Shown: one piece after another, positions 1-12,000 of the stretch
Layout of the letters: every line of letters begins with the position of its first letter
How positions within the stretch are numbered: position 1 is the first letter of the stretch
Source of the DNA: Amoebophrya sp. A120
Lineage: Eukaryota > Protista > Dinoflagellata
Assembly (NCBI GenBank): GCA_905178155.1
Contig: CAJINV010000002.1
Location: forward strand, 7,671,747-7,735,746
Length of the DNA stretch: 64,000 nucleotides
Direction: 5' to 3'
The notes under the pieces: generated by a model
Seen by the model: only the letters and a program-made list of their open reading frames with translations
Databases searched by the model: none
Told to the model about the DNA's origin: nothing
Position numbers and translations under genes: made by a program

Positions 1-1702
1 CCCCGCTTTATCAGGTAGGATTTCGGTGCGGTGTCCTGCTCTCCAGAGGCTGCATTTTGGCTGGCTCGCTGCAGTGCGCTGGCGGTCGAGCTGAAAACCG
101 GCTCTCGTTCCTCGAGTCCCTGCGTCTTTGCCAGCACGTGGTCGATCGTAGCCAGGACTTGGAGGTTGTGGAAGTTCTGCGAATGCGCCTTGACGTAGCC
201 GATCTGCAGCTGCGTTTTCTCCTCCTCCAGGTCGCGAATCTTCATCGCCGCGCCCACCAGCATGTCGGAGATCTTACTCGCGTCCACGTGTTCTCCCGAA
301 CTCACACGCCGGGCCAGGTCCTCCAGCAGGTCCGGCGCAATGTGAGCCGTCGGCCGCTGGGACTGGGATTGCGCCCCTGCGGCTGCTGCTGGCGTACCAC
401 CTCCTCCGGGGCTTTTATTCACCGACGGTATTGGCTGGTTGCCTGCGGTCGGAGAGCCAGAACCTACGCAAGGAAAAGATGAGGAGCTAAAAACTACAAG
501 CAAGTGAGCCACGACATCACGGCCTGTGTCCTGTATGTCTGCGAAGGAACAGGAGGTAATATTTTATATTCCTCATTTCTGGAACGAAACAGGACGAGAA
601 GCAGAAGCACAAACATTCGTTGAGCAGGCACGCAGTTCTACTTTTCACTCGGATGAATAAGCAATAGGAATAGGAACGAATGTATGACGTCCTACTGAAG
701 AAAACGCGATCAAAATTGAAGATGTTGTACCTGGTACTAATTGCTCCGCAGCAAGAGCACCACCTCCCTCCTGCCCGGTCGCGGCAAGCGCGCCGCCAGT
801 AGAAGACACGAAACTCGACGGCTGCGCACCACCGGCCGCTGCTGCGGCGGGTGTGGAACCCACGCTCGCGGTTGCCCGTTCCTTGACGAGCACGCCGTGC
901 TTCAAGACAGTTCTTGTTTCTACGTCTTCCATTTCCGCGTCTTCGGTGCTGAGCGCGAGCAGTTCGTCCACGGTCAGCTTGTTGGGGCCAAGCTTCGCCT
1001 GTCCTTCCTGGTTCTGACTGGCGGAGGAGCGGCCAGCCGTATTGTGCTCCCAGTCGCGCTTCTTGAAATTGCCAGACTCCACCTGAACAGTGTGAGTGTG
1101 TCTGTGTGCTATGATTTTGTTGCATTCAAAGTCCATCCTCTTCTTTGACTTCCCCTTGACCCGGCAAAAGCAAAATAAACACTCAAATTGCAGTCCTACA
1201 AGGTTACGGCATTGATTTCATTATCAACCTTCGTAGCAGCAAGCTGCTGGCTTTTCTCCCTTTGCTTCGCTTCCAGCATCTCTAAGCGTTTTTGCCTGAT
1301 ATTCTCCGCGTCTGCAGGCCCACCAGCGCCATGAGAAGTAGTGCCTAAACTCCTGGCCACTGGCTGGAATCGACCACTTGAAGCTGCTGCAGTTGCTGTC
1401 CCCCCAAGAACAGCCGCGCCGCCGGCAACGACCCCGCCCGATGTTGGTGTAGCCGAGCTTGTTGCGTCCTCTGCAGGTGGCATCGGGCTGTCTTCGTTGG
1501 GATCCAGCAACGCAGGTCCTCCGGGCATATTTCCACCGGTAGAAGTGGTGCTCATCGTCGCTGCATTCAGGGCTTTCAACCTATGGAAAGTTCTCGCCGT
1601 CAGCTCGGTCTCGTCCATATTTGGGTTCAGTGCCCGCTCTCGCGCCAGGGCCTCGCGAAACCGCTTTTTCGCCTGGTCCTGCTGCTCGCTCGTGGTGTTC
1701 AT
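1..1702 (-). CDS. Hypothetical coiled-coil protein, 3' end truncated by the window edge; exons 1702-1229, 1082-731, 463-<1
   Basis: GT-AG introns 1228-1083 (AAG|GTT...CAG|GTG, phase 0) and 730-464 (G|GTAC...TAG|GT, phase 1) join the 179-aa and 163-aa track ORFs to an open frame running to base 1 (DLLEDLARRVSS...MKIRDLEEEKTQLQ). Confidence 0.7.
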
Positions 1703-3067
1703 TTTCGAATAGTAGGGGGGGTAATGGTAAAGCAAGTTGTAAAAGTACCTAATTATGAAGAAGATAAATCATACGGGCCGCTTTCGATGGTTCCGATTGT
1801 TTCTGCGCTGGTGCGCGTCGAGGTGGAAATCCAGCCGGAAATACAAATTAAAAAAAGTAAGACTGTTACCGGATGCGTTCGAAAGGTTGTACCAAATTTC
1901 GACTAAGTTGTTAGCTTCTTTCTTTTTTTTTCGGTGTAGCAATATGCACCTTGGTCAGCAGTTTTGGCAACAACTTCATTTGGCCAACTCGTCAAGGCAC
2001 TCGCAATAATCCTCACACTCAAACCAAAACATCAGGATTTCGTTGAAACACCTGTACTTTCCTTCTCACTGTCATTCTGGAGGCAGGCTAGACGCTCACA
2101 GAAAATTTCATTCGGAAGCACCACAACTCATGGGTTCTGGTCCAGGCAAGAAAAGCACGAAAAAAAAACCTAATGAGTCACTCTAGTCACGCAGGCGGGT
2201 GCGGCCGCGGCGAAGAAAAAAATTCAAATTTTTCCAACATCATGAAAAATGGACATCAAAAACAAAAAAAGTGAGATTCATTGGTTCGTTGCACCTCTCT
2301 CATTGCTATTCAAGCTAGATGCTCATTGATGATCGCGAGTAGTTGGACTCAGGCTCACAAAGTGGCTTGAGGCCTCATGTTAATCAGCATGTGGTAATGT
2401 TAGTCTTTGTTTTTTACTCAGAATAGCTTGCCCTTGAGGCATCATTTTGGTGACCATGTTGTGGAAGAAACCTTTGCTGCTCGGTGTTCATTGCTTTCTT
2501 TGCATACTCCGCTATTGGTTTTGATACTTTAGTAGTTGGAGTATGTAGCTATGTATCAATGGGTCAATTTCAATTAGTCATTTCATGGCTTGTTTTTTTA
2601 ATTACAGTATTCATTTCATTGATTTGACGACGTAAAAAGACAACTTGAATTTCTTCATGTTCATTTTGCTTTTGATATTCTACTTTACGAAATAGATGCC
2701 CACGGACTTCGCTCAAATAGGTGCGAGCTTTTACCACGTTGCTTTGCAACAGTTTATTTTTTAGGGACGAGCCATCCAGCACGTCGCGTTCCTATTTTCT
2801 AAAAAGACAGAAGGGAGGAGCATTCTGACTTGGATTTTTCCAAAAACCAAATCTAGTCGCTCCTGTGAATAATTTGCTAAAAATCAAAACTTTGAGTAAG
2901 GAAGCTATCAAACAACAGATTCTGTATTCTCAACAAACAAATTTGATATTTCTTGGAAACGGCCTTCGCACAAGCATGGTCCAAGACCAAGCAAGCGTAG
3001 GCGTACTATTGTCATGTCAGACTTCAATTTATTACGACTTGCATTCGAGCCCGAATTTTTCATTCAC

Positions 3068-6000
3068 CTATTTCTTTGCTTTTTTCTTCTTCAGCTCCGG
3101 TTTGGGTCCCGCACCCGCGGCCGATCGCGTGACGAGTTCGGCTCGCTCCTGCTGCGCTTGTGCCGAGGCGGAAGAAGACGAGCGGTCGCTTCGGCTCGCT
3201 GAAGAAGTTGATGCGCCTTGTTGTTCTTCACCGTCCCTTGTGGTTGGCTGTGCAAACGCGATGTTTTTTGACACTCCCGCCCTCGGCGTTAGCTTCCGCT
3301 TGGCCTGAGCATTCTGGTGGCCGAGTAGAGATGATGGCTCCTGCTCGATGTTGCTTCTCGCCGTCTTGGTCTTTGCCTTTGTCCCGTCATCCTCCGGGGT
3401 GATACTGAACTCGTCCACGGGAGTGTCCAGGTCTACAGCAATAGCTCGTGTTGTTGGCGACGACGCGGGGACCTGCGTTCGGTTCTGCTGGTTTTGTGAT
3501 TGATACCCGAGTTGCGGAGGTGGCGGTCGGACTACCGACTTGGGCGCGACAGGTCGCAATACAAAGTCGCCAGTTGTATTTGTTCCTCCCGTAGCTCCCA
3601 CTCCGTACATCGGGGATCGATGGTCGTCGGGGGACACATCGACAGAACTGCTAGTAGTAAACTCCTGTAGCTCTCCTGGACCACCTTCACCTGGAGGCTC
3701 TTGCGTCTTTACCACTTCTGGCGGCTCGCCGGGAGACACTGAGCCTCCGCTCGACGACGAAGACTTCGAGGAGGAAGAGTACACTGCAAGGATGGGGTTA
3801 CCATTTGCATCCGGGTCATCGGAAGAATACAATGGACTGGAAATCATTTCTCCGTCGCGCCCCTTGAACAGAGGCACCTTGGTCATCGGCACTCCAGCTC
3901 TCGCACCGTCACTTTCAGGGTTCTTGTGCCTGCCCTTCGTGTAGTAGTGCGGCCTGAGTTCATCTTTCGCTGTGGTCTCGTGATCGTCGTAAGGCGCCGC
4001 CCCAGACTTCTGCGACAAAGTAGTAGTAGCAGAAACTTCAGTTGCTTTGAAGTTAGTTAAGTCCGGAGCGGCCTGATATTTTGACGACGCGGATGATTCT
4101 TTCGACGATGGTGGCGCGTTGAAGTGCTCGCCGTCCCTTGTGGGGGGACTACGACCTCCTCCAGGAGCTCCTTCACGACTCGAAGATGCAGTTGCTGCAG
4201 CTGCGTTATTTTTTGCCGACTTCTTCTCTTCTTTCACCACTTGTTTTCCCCCTTGTTGCGCTTCTTGCCCCAACAATAGCTCTTGCTGTGCCGTCGCCAA
4301 ATTCTGGTCGAGGTACGCACGGGCCTTCTGCGATAATTTCTGCTTGTTTGATGCGGGTTTCGACGACGTCGCAAAATCTTCTTCCTGCGATTCGGATTCT
4401 TGCTCCACCTCCGTGTTGCTGAGAGAAGTGTTGTAGTCCAACGGGTGCCTTCGCGATTTGCCGTATTCCGCGTTCCCCTCCGCCAGCTCCCTCTGCACCG
4501 CGGTGACGGCTGTGTTCAAGAAGTCCAAGACTTTTTTCTGCTTTTCCTGCTCTTGCTTCTTCTCCCTCAGCAGCTCTTCTTTCTCCATCGGTAGTTGCTT
4601 CTTCGTCGGCAACACTGCATTCTCGTACAGCGAATCTTCATGTTGCAGGTACAGCTCCTGCGCTGTCTTCACCGCGTTCTTCAGTGCCGCAAGCGCGTTC
4701 TGCCGCCGCTCCACGTCGACCGCCGAGTCGGACGGGAGAACTTCGGTGTCAAACAACTTCTCATTCGGGTGCCCAACAAGATAGTGGTCTTTCGCTTCCT
4801 GCACCGCTTGCTCGAGCGCTTTCAGCGCGTTGCGCCGGTTTTCCACGTCCTTCGCAGCCTCATTTGGCCTCACTTCGTCGTCATACAGCTCATCCGGGAA
4901 CTGCAAATAATGCGCTTTCGCCTCGCTCACCGTCCGCTGCAGGAACAGCAGCGCGTCGCGCTTCCGCTGGTCAGCGATCGCGCCCTGGCTGAAGCCGAAT
5001 TCGTTGCTGTGCAGCGCATCCTGGTCTTGCACAAACAATTCCTTCGCATCGTTAATCGTGTCGTTCAGTGCGGCCTGTGCGTCCTGTTTCCGTTGCTGCT
5101 CAATGGCGGCTTTGCTGCGGTGGACTTCGTTGCTGTGCAGGGCGTCTTGGTCCTGGACAAACAGCTCCTTCGCATCCTTGATCGCGTCACGGAGCGCGTC
5201 TTCCGCGTCCTGTTTTCTCTGCCGCGCGAGCGCGGATTGGCTCCGCAGCACCTCCTTGCTGTGCAACTCGTCTTGATCTTGGACAAAAAGCTCCTTCCCA
5301 TCCACAATTGCGTCCCGGAGGGCGCTTTCTGCGTCTTGCTTCCGCTGGGCTGCGATCGCGGATTGGCTCGGCAGCACCTCTTTCCTGTGCAGCTCATCTT
5401 GATCTTGCAAAAACAATTCTTTTCCGTCAACGATCGCGTCGCGCAGGGCCGCAGCCGCGTCCTGCTGTCGCTGGGCTTCAATCGCGGATCGGCTGCGCAA
5501 GACCTCGTTGCTGTGCAGCACGTCTTGGTGCTGAACGAACAGCTCCAACGCATCCGTTACCGCGTCCCTTAACGCTTGCCCCGCGTCCTGCGTTCGTTGT
5601 GCTTCGATCGCGGACTGGCTCCTCAACACCTCTTTGCTGTGCAGTCTGTCCTGATCTTGCACAAACAGCTCCTTCGCGTCCACAAGTGCGTCGCGCAACG
5701 CCTGCTCTGCGTCTTGCGTCCGCTGCGCCGCCGTCGCCGCGCGACTCCGCGTTACTTCTTTGCTGTGCAACTCGTCTTGATGTTGCACGAACAACTCCCT
5801 CCCGTCGACGATCGCGTCCCGCAGCGCTTGTGCCGCGTCTTGTTTTCTCTGCGCTTCAATCGCGGACCGGCATCGTTGCACTTCCTGGCTGTGCAAGGCA
5901 TCTTGGTCCTGGACGAACAACTCTTGCGCGTCCGCTATCGCGTCCCGCAGCGCTTCCCGCGCATCCTGGGCCCGCTGCGCCTCGATCGCGGACTGGCTGC

Positions 6001-9000
6001 GTTCCACCTCCTTGCTGTGCAACTCATCCTGACCCTGGACAAACAGCTCTTTCGCGTCCTTGATAGCATCCCGCAACGCGTCCCGTGCGTCCTGTTGTCT
6101 CTGATCTTCCAGCGCACCCTTGCTGCGGAGCACTTCGTCACTGTGAAGCCGGTCGTTATCCTGGACAAAAATCTCCCGGGTATCCCGCATCGCCTGCGCC
6201 ACCGCTCCGCGCGCGTCCTTGCGCCGCTGCAGGTCCTTCGCGTACTGCGACAAGCGGACACTGTCGTCAAACAGTTCATCCTTGCTGCCGACAAACAGCG
6301 CCTGGGCGTCGACCACGGCCTGGCGGAGCACCGCGAGCGCGTTTTGCTCCCGTTCCAGCGTCACGGCTGCCTGGCTCTGCAGAATTTCGTTGCTGTACAC
6401 CGTCACCTCCTTTTCGTGCAGCAGCTGTTCGCGCGCTGCTTCCACCGCCACGCCCAGCACGGCGAGCGCCTCCTTCTGCTTGCCGTAGGCGTGGGCGGAC
6501 ATGCTCGGCTGCACCAGATTGTCGTGCAGGTCGTCGCGGGCTTGCACGACGTGCTCCTGTGCGTCGGCGACGGTCTGCCCCAGGACCGCCAGGGCGTCCT
6601 TGCGCCGCTCGGCATCCAGTGCGTCCTTCGTGGGCAGCACCTCCTCGTGCGATTCCTCCTCATACTCGATCTTCACATCTGACACGGTCTGCCCCAACAT
6701 CGAGGAAGCCATCAAGGAGCTGGTGTCGTGGTTGTCGTTTTAAAATGACATGTGGAATTTGCAGAAATGAATTCCAAGTCGCAAGGGAGTAGCAAGAGTG
6801 TCAGTCATGTCACCCTTCTTCCTTCACAGTATTACTAGTCTCAGCCCAATTGTATGTTGTTCATGTTCTAGACGAAAAGAAAAGAAAACATCCTATACTG
6901 CGTCAGACTCTGGCGGGATTCCATCAACGATTGCATTTGACTGGAGGCTAGCAGCTCCCGGGCCTCACCCTCTGCCAGCACCGGTTTTTCGGTCGACGCC
7001 GCCAGCACCTCGTCCGGTCCACTCGCGCCAGCGGGTTGGGATTCTACTTGCCGCGCTGTACTGGTTCCGCCTGCGGCTCCGACTCCGGCTTGCGCATCGC
7101 CACCTCCAGCAACTAGTATCCCTCGCTCAGCGGTCACGCCGCCCTCTGCTCCCACTACCGCGCGCTCCTGTTGCTTGCTTGTCGTGTACGTATCCAGTGC
7201 GACAGCCATGCCGGGGATCTCCGGTGGCCCGCGACTGGACACCGCGGCAGACGACTGCGCCGCGACCGATTCCTGCAGAGACGGGGGCTCGTCCCGCTTG
7301 CCTGACGAAGGTGCTTGCGCTTGGTCCTCCGCCGCCTGCCCTGTCGTAATTTGTCCCCCCATCGCATCGGGATCGCCTCCTGGCCCTGCTGCGGTGGGCA
7401 GCGCGCCCGCGGTCCGCATGGCTTGGGTGGTGACCACATTCAACTCGGATTTCTGGGAGACAATCGTCTCCACCGTTTTGTCGATCCCCGCGCCCGTGTA
7501 TTTGTCTTGCGACACGACGGTCTCGATGCTCCTGTCGGGCGGCGCGACGGCGTCGGCGGCCAGCCCGCGGGTGAAGGTAACTGCCGGCTCCTGGCCGGCG
7601 CGGCCGTACTGCGGCGGCTGCGCCTTGTACAGAGCTTCGTCGCCCTCTTCTTCCATCACGACCCCATCTCCAGCCGCCTCGCCCTCTCCCGTTGCAGCGA
7701 TTTGTTGTTGCCGCGCTCTCGCACTTGACGTAGTACCAGTGAGCGGAACACCAACTCCGGCCTCGTCCGCGTTGTCGATGTCGCCGAGCTCCGCCGGTGG
7801 TAAGTCGCGGGCGGAGGGCAGCGTGCTCGGCGGCGGTGACGGCTTTTCGTCCTTGACACGGAAGTTCCAGGGCGCCGCCCCCCGAACCGGCTCGTCGGTG
7901 TCTGCGTCCGAGTCCGCCTCGACCAGCGCAATACCCGCCATCTCCTTCAGGTGCGCCTGTCGCAGCACCAGACCGGAAAGCGCGTAAAGGATCAAAACCA
8001 CGATGTAGAACAGCCTGTTTGTTGATGGAATAGAGCGACTCGAGTAGTAGTAGTGATTCCCAGGAAGGGGAGAGAAATCTTTTCACTGTTTCTTGACATT
8101 TTCTAGCTTGAGAAGCTCTATCTCGTACCTTCTGGACCCAGAACCTCTATCACAATAGAGGTTCTGGAGTCAGAACGTCTATTGCAATAGAGCTTCTGAC
8201 CCCAGAACGTCTATTGGGATAGCGGTTCTGGGTTCCGTAGCCTCTAGATTTGTTTCTAGACTTTGGCGGCCAAGAATCTAGAAACTAGATTTCTAGAAAT
8301 CTAGAAATCTAGAAGTCTGGAAATCTAGATTTCTAGGTTCTAGAAATCTAGAAATCTAGCTTCTAGATTCTGGCAGCCAGAACGCCAGCACTCCTGCTCC
8401 GAGCAGCTAACAGTCCAGCTTCCCTGGTTGCGAGAAGCCGGCAGCTCAGCCTCCCCGGCTCTACGAGAAGCTGGAAGTCCAGCTTCCCCGGCTCTACGAG
8501 AAGCTGGAAGTCCAGCTGCCCCGGCTCTACGAGAAGCTGGGCGCCCAGCTTCCCCGGCTCTACGAGACGCTGGAAGTCCAGCTTCCCCGGCTCTACAAGA
8601 AGCTGAAAGCCCAGCTTCCCCGGCTCTACGACAAGCTGAAAGTCCAGCTTCCCCGGCTCTACGAGAAGCTGAAAGTCCATCTTCCCCGGCTCTACGAGAA
8701 GCTGACAGTCCAGCTTCCCCGGGCGGCTCTACGAGAAGCTGGAAGGCCAGCTTCTCCGGCTACGAGAAGCTGGAAGTCCAGCTTCTCCGGCTACGAGAAG
8801 CCGGACGCTTAGGCCCCCCGAGGAGCTGGGCGCTCACCTACAGTGAAAAGATGCGAAAAAAGGACGGCGAGGCCCTTGCTCTTTGCAGGTAAGGCATAAG
8901 GGTCAGTCTGCCTGCGTGCGCGCCCCCGGGCCAGTCTGCCTGCGTGCGCGCAGTGCGCGATCTTTTTTTCCGACCGGCAAGCCAGCAACGGCCGGACGCG

Positions 9001-12000
9001 AAAAAAACGCCCCGCGCCCCCGGGGCAATGTGCCTGCGTGCGCGCAGCGCGCAAAATTTTTTTTCCCCTGCGGGCCTCCAAGGAAAGGCTGGACGCGGAA
9101 AAAACACTCCGGCCGGGCCCGCAGGCCAAGGAAGTTACGCACAAAAAGTTTTTCCAGGCCGGCCGCAGGCTGCTAGGCGCGAAAAAAACGCCCCGGGCCC
9201 GGAGGCCAAGGAGGTTGCGTGCGCGCAGCGCGCGAACAATTTACTTTATTCTTTCTTTCAGCCGGGCCGGCCCCGGAAGGGGGGCGGGTCCGCAAAAAGT
9301 CCCCAACCGCGCCCCCGGGCCAACATGTGCGCGCGCGCGCGCGAAAAATTTTCGCCAGCCCGCCCCCGAATGCCGGGCGGAGAGAAAGGCTCCGCACAAA
9401 GGCTTGCGCGCGCGGAGCGCGCGGAATTTTTTTTCCGGCAAACCCCCAATCGTGGACACGAAAGAAGCGGCCCCGCCCACCCTCTAACGCCACGGCCACT
9501 ATGCGCACGCAGCGCGCGGTAAGTTTTTTTCCGGCCAACACCCGGTAGCCGCGCGCGATTCATCACCATCGTCATCACCTTGCTAGCAGGCGAACAGCTT
9601 TCCTCATATTGAAGAAAAACTTTCTGCGCCCATCTCAAGCTAAGGCGGCTGCGCGCGCGCGGCGCGCGAAAGTCGTTTCCGGGACTGCCCGGACGCCGGA
9701 CGCAAGCAAAAGCGCGCCAGAACAAGGCGCCTGCGCGCCGCGAATATTTTCCCGGCAAGACCCCGAGGGGGCGGCGCGAAAAAAACCTCCGCGCCCGCCC
9801 GCAGACCAAGGCCGGCGCCTGCGGGCGGGCAGGGGGCGGTGGCGAAAATTTGCTCTATTTCTTCCGGCAGCCCCGGTTGCCGGGTGCAAGCAACACCTCG
9901 CCGCGCCCCCTGGCCAACATGTGTGCGCGCACAGCGCGCGATATTTTTTTTCCAGCAAGCCCCCGGCCGCCGGGCGTGAAAAAAAGTCTCAAGCCACTGA
10001 CTCACCCACGCAAAGAAAGGCGCGCGCGCGCACGCAGCGCGCTAAAGTTTTTTTTCAGCCGGCCCCCGGTTGCGGAAAAAAATTTCTTACGGAAAAAAAT
10101 TTCCTCGCCTACGGGCCGGAAGAAAACTAATGCGCCCGCGCGCGCGCAGCGCGCGAAAATATTTTCTCGACAAGCCCCCGACCTCCGGGTGAGAGGAAAA
10201 CCTTCCAAGCACGCCCTCAGGCCAAGGAAGGCGCGCGAGCGCTGTGCGCGCGCGCGAAAATTTTTTCTCAGCTGGTCCCCGGTTGCGGAAACAAAATTTC
10301 TTGCGGAAAAAAATTTCCTCGCCTACGGGCCAAAAGAAAACTAACGCGTCCGCGCGCGCGCAGCGCGCGGGAATTTTTTCTCGACAAGCCCCCGACCTCC
10401 GGGTGAGAAGAAAACCTTCCACGCAGGCACGCCCTCGGGCCAAGGAAGGCGCGCGCGCGCAGCGCGCGCGCGCTAAAGTTTTTTTTCAGCTGGCCCCCGG
10501 TTGCGGAAAAAAATTTCTTCGCCTACGGGCCAAAAGAAAACTAATGCGTCCGCGCGCGCGCAGCGCGCGAAAATTTTTTCTCGACAAGCCCCCGACCTCC
10601 GGGTGAGAAGAAAACCTTCCACGCACGCCCGCGGGCCAAGGAAGGCGCGCGCGCGCGCTAAAGTCTTTTTTCAGCTTGCCCCCGGTTGCGGAAAAAAAAT
10701 TCCTCGTCTACGGGCCAAAAGAAAACTAATGTGCCCGCGCGCGCGCAACGCGCGAAAATATTTTCTCGACAGGCCCCCGGCCGCCGGGCGTGAAGAAGAG
10801 CGCCCAGGCACGCCCTCAGGCCAAGGAAGACGCGCGCGCTCCGCGCGCGCGCGCGAAAATTTTTTTTCAGCTGGCCCCCGGTTGCGAGAAAAAATTTCAT
10901 CGCCTACGGGCCAAAAGAAAACTAATGTGCCCGCGCGCGCGCAACGCGCGATAATTTTTTCTCGACAGGCCCCCGACCCCCGCCGGGCGTGAAAAAGAGC
11001 GTCTACGCACGCCCTCAGGCCAAGGAAGACGCGCGCGCAGGCGCGCGCGCGCGAAAATTTGTTTTCAACTGGCGCCCGGTTGCGGAAAAGACTTTCCTCG
11101 CCTGTGGGCCAAAAGAAAACTACTGTGCGCGCGCGGCTCGCGAAAAATTTTTCTCGACAAGCCCCCGACCACCGGGCGAGCAAAAGATCTTCTACACCCT
11201 CGGGCCAAGGCGTGCGCGCGCTGTGCGCGCGGAAAATTTTTTACCGGCCGGCCCCCGATCGCGGGGCGCGAAAAAAATAAAACAGCCCACACCCTGACGC
11301 CGTACATGGTGAGGATGCGCGCGGCGCACCCACGCGAGGTTTTTTCCGGTCAACGCCTTTTAGCCGGCCATGGAGAGGCACCTCCCTCCCACGCTCACCC
11401 AAGGCCAGGGCGGTCTGCGTGCGCGCAACACGCGCAAACTTTTTCCCGGACGGCCCCCGACTGCCGAACGCACCGAAAACCTTCCGCGCCCCGAGGCCGA
11501 GGCGCCTGCGCGCGCGCAGCGAGCGCACGACAAATATTTGCCGCCGAGGCCCCGCCTGGAGGACGCGAAAAAAACCCAACCGCCCTCAGACAGGCAAAGG
11601 CGTCTGCGGGCGCGCAACGGGCGAAAGACTTTTTTCGATCGGGCGGCCCTCGATAGCTGGGAACGACCAAAGGCTTCCGCGCCTTCAGGTCGGGGCGCAT
11701 GCGCATGCGCGCGCGCGCAACTTTTTTTTTTCCGGCGCGCCGCCCTCGCTGCTGGACGCGCAAAAAACATTCGCTCCGCGCCCCCCCGCCAAGGCGTCTG
11801 CGCACACGCAGCGCGCGCTCGCAGAATATTTTTCCGGCCCGCCCCGGGTTTCCGGACACGAAAGAATACCTTCCACGCCCTCAGGCCAAAGCGCTTGCGC
11901 ATGCGCTGTGCACGAAAAAAAATTCTCGGCAAGCGCGCGGCTACCGGGCACGCATAGGGAAGGGCCTCTACGCCTGCCCGGTCATGGCGCGCGCCTGAGT

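Noticed and set aside
4595-6792. Long plus-strand ORFs (325-368 aa); similar ones at 52016-52993 and 58520-59617
   Set aside because: Antisense shadows of GC3-rich minus-strand coding sequence.
8250-8370. Heat-shock element array (TTCTAGAA)
   Set aside because: The period is 8 bp, not the alternating 5-bp nGAAn spacing, and it lies at an intron 3' end.
8428-8800. CRISPR-like array (33-bp palindromic repeats)
   Set aside because: Units are head-to-tail with no unique spacers, there are no cas genes, and the array lies inside a eukaryotic intron.
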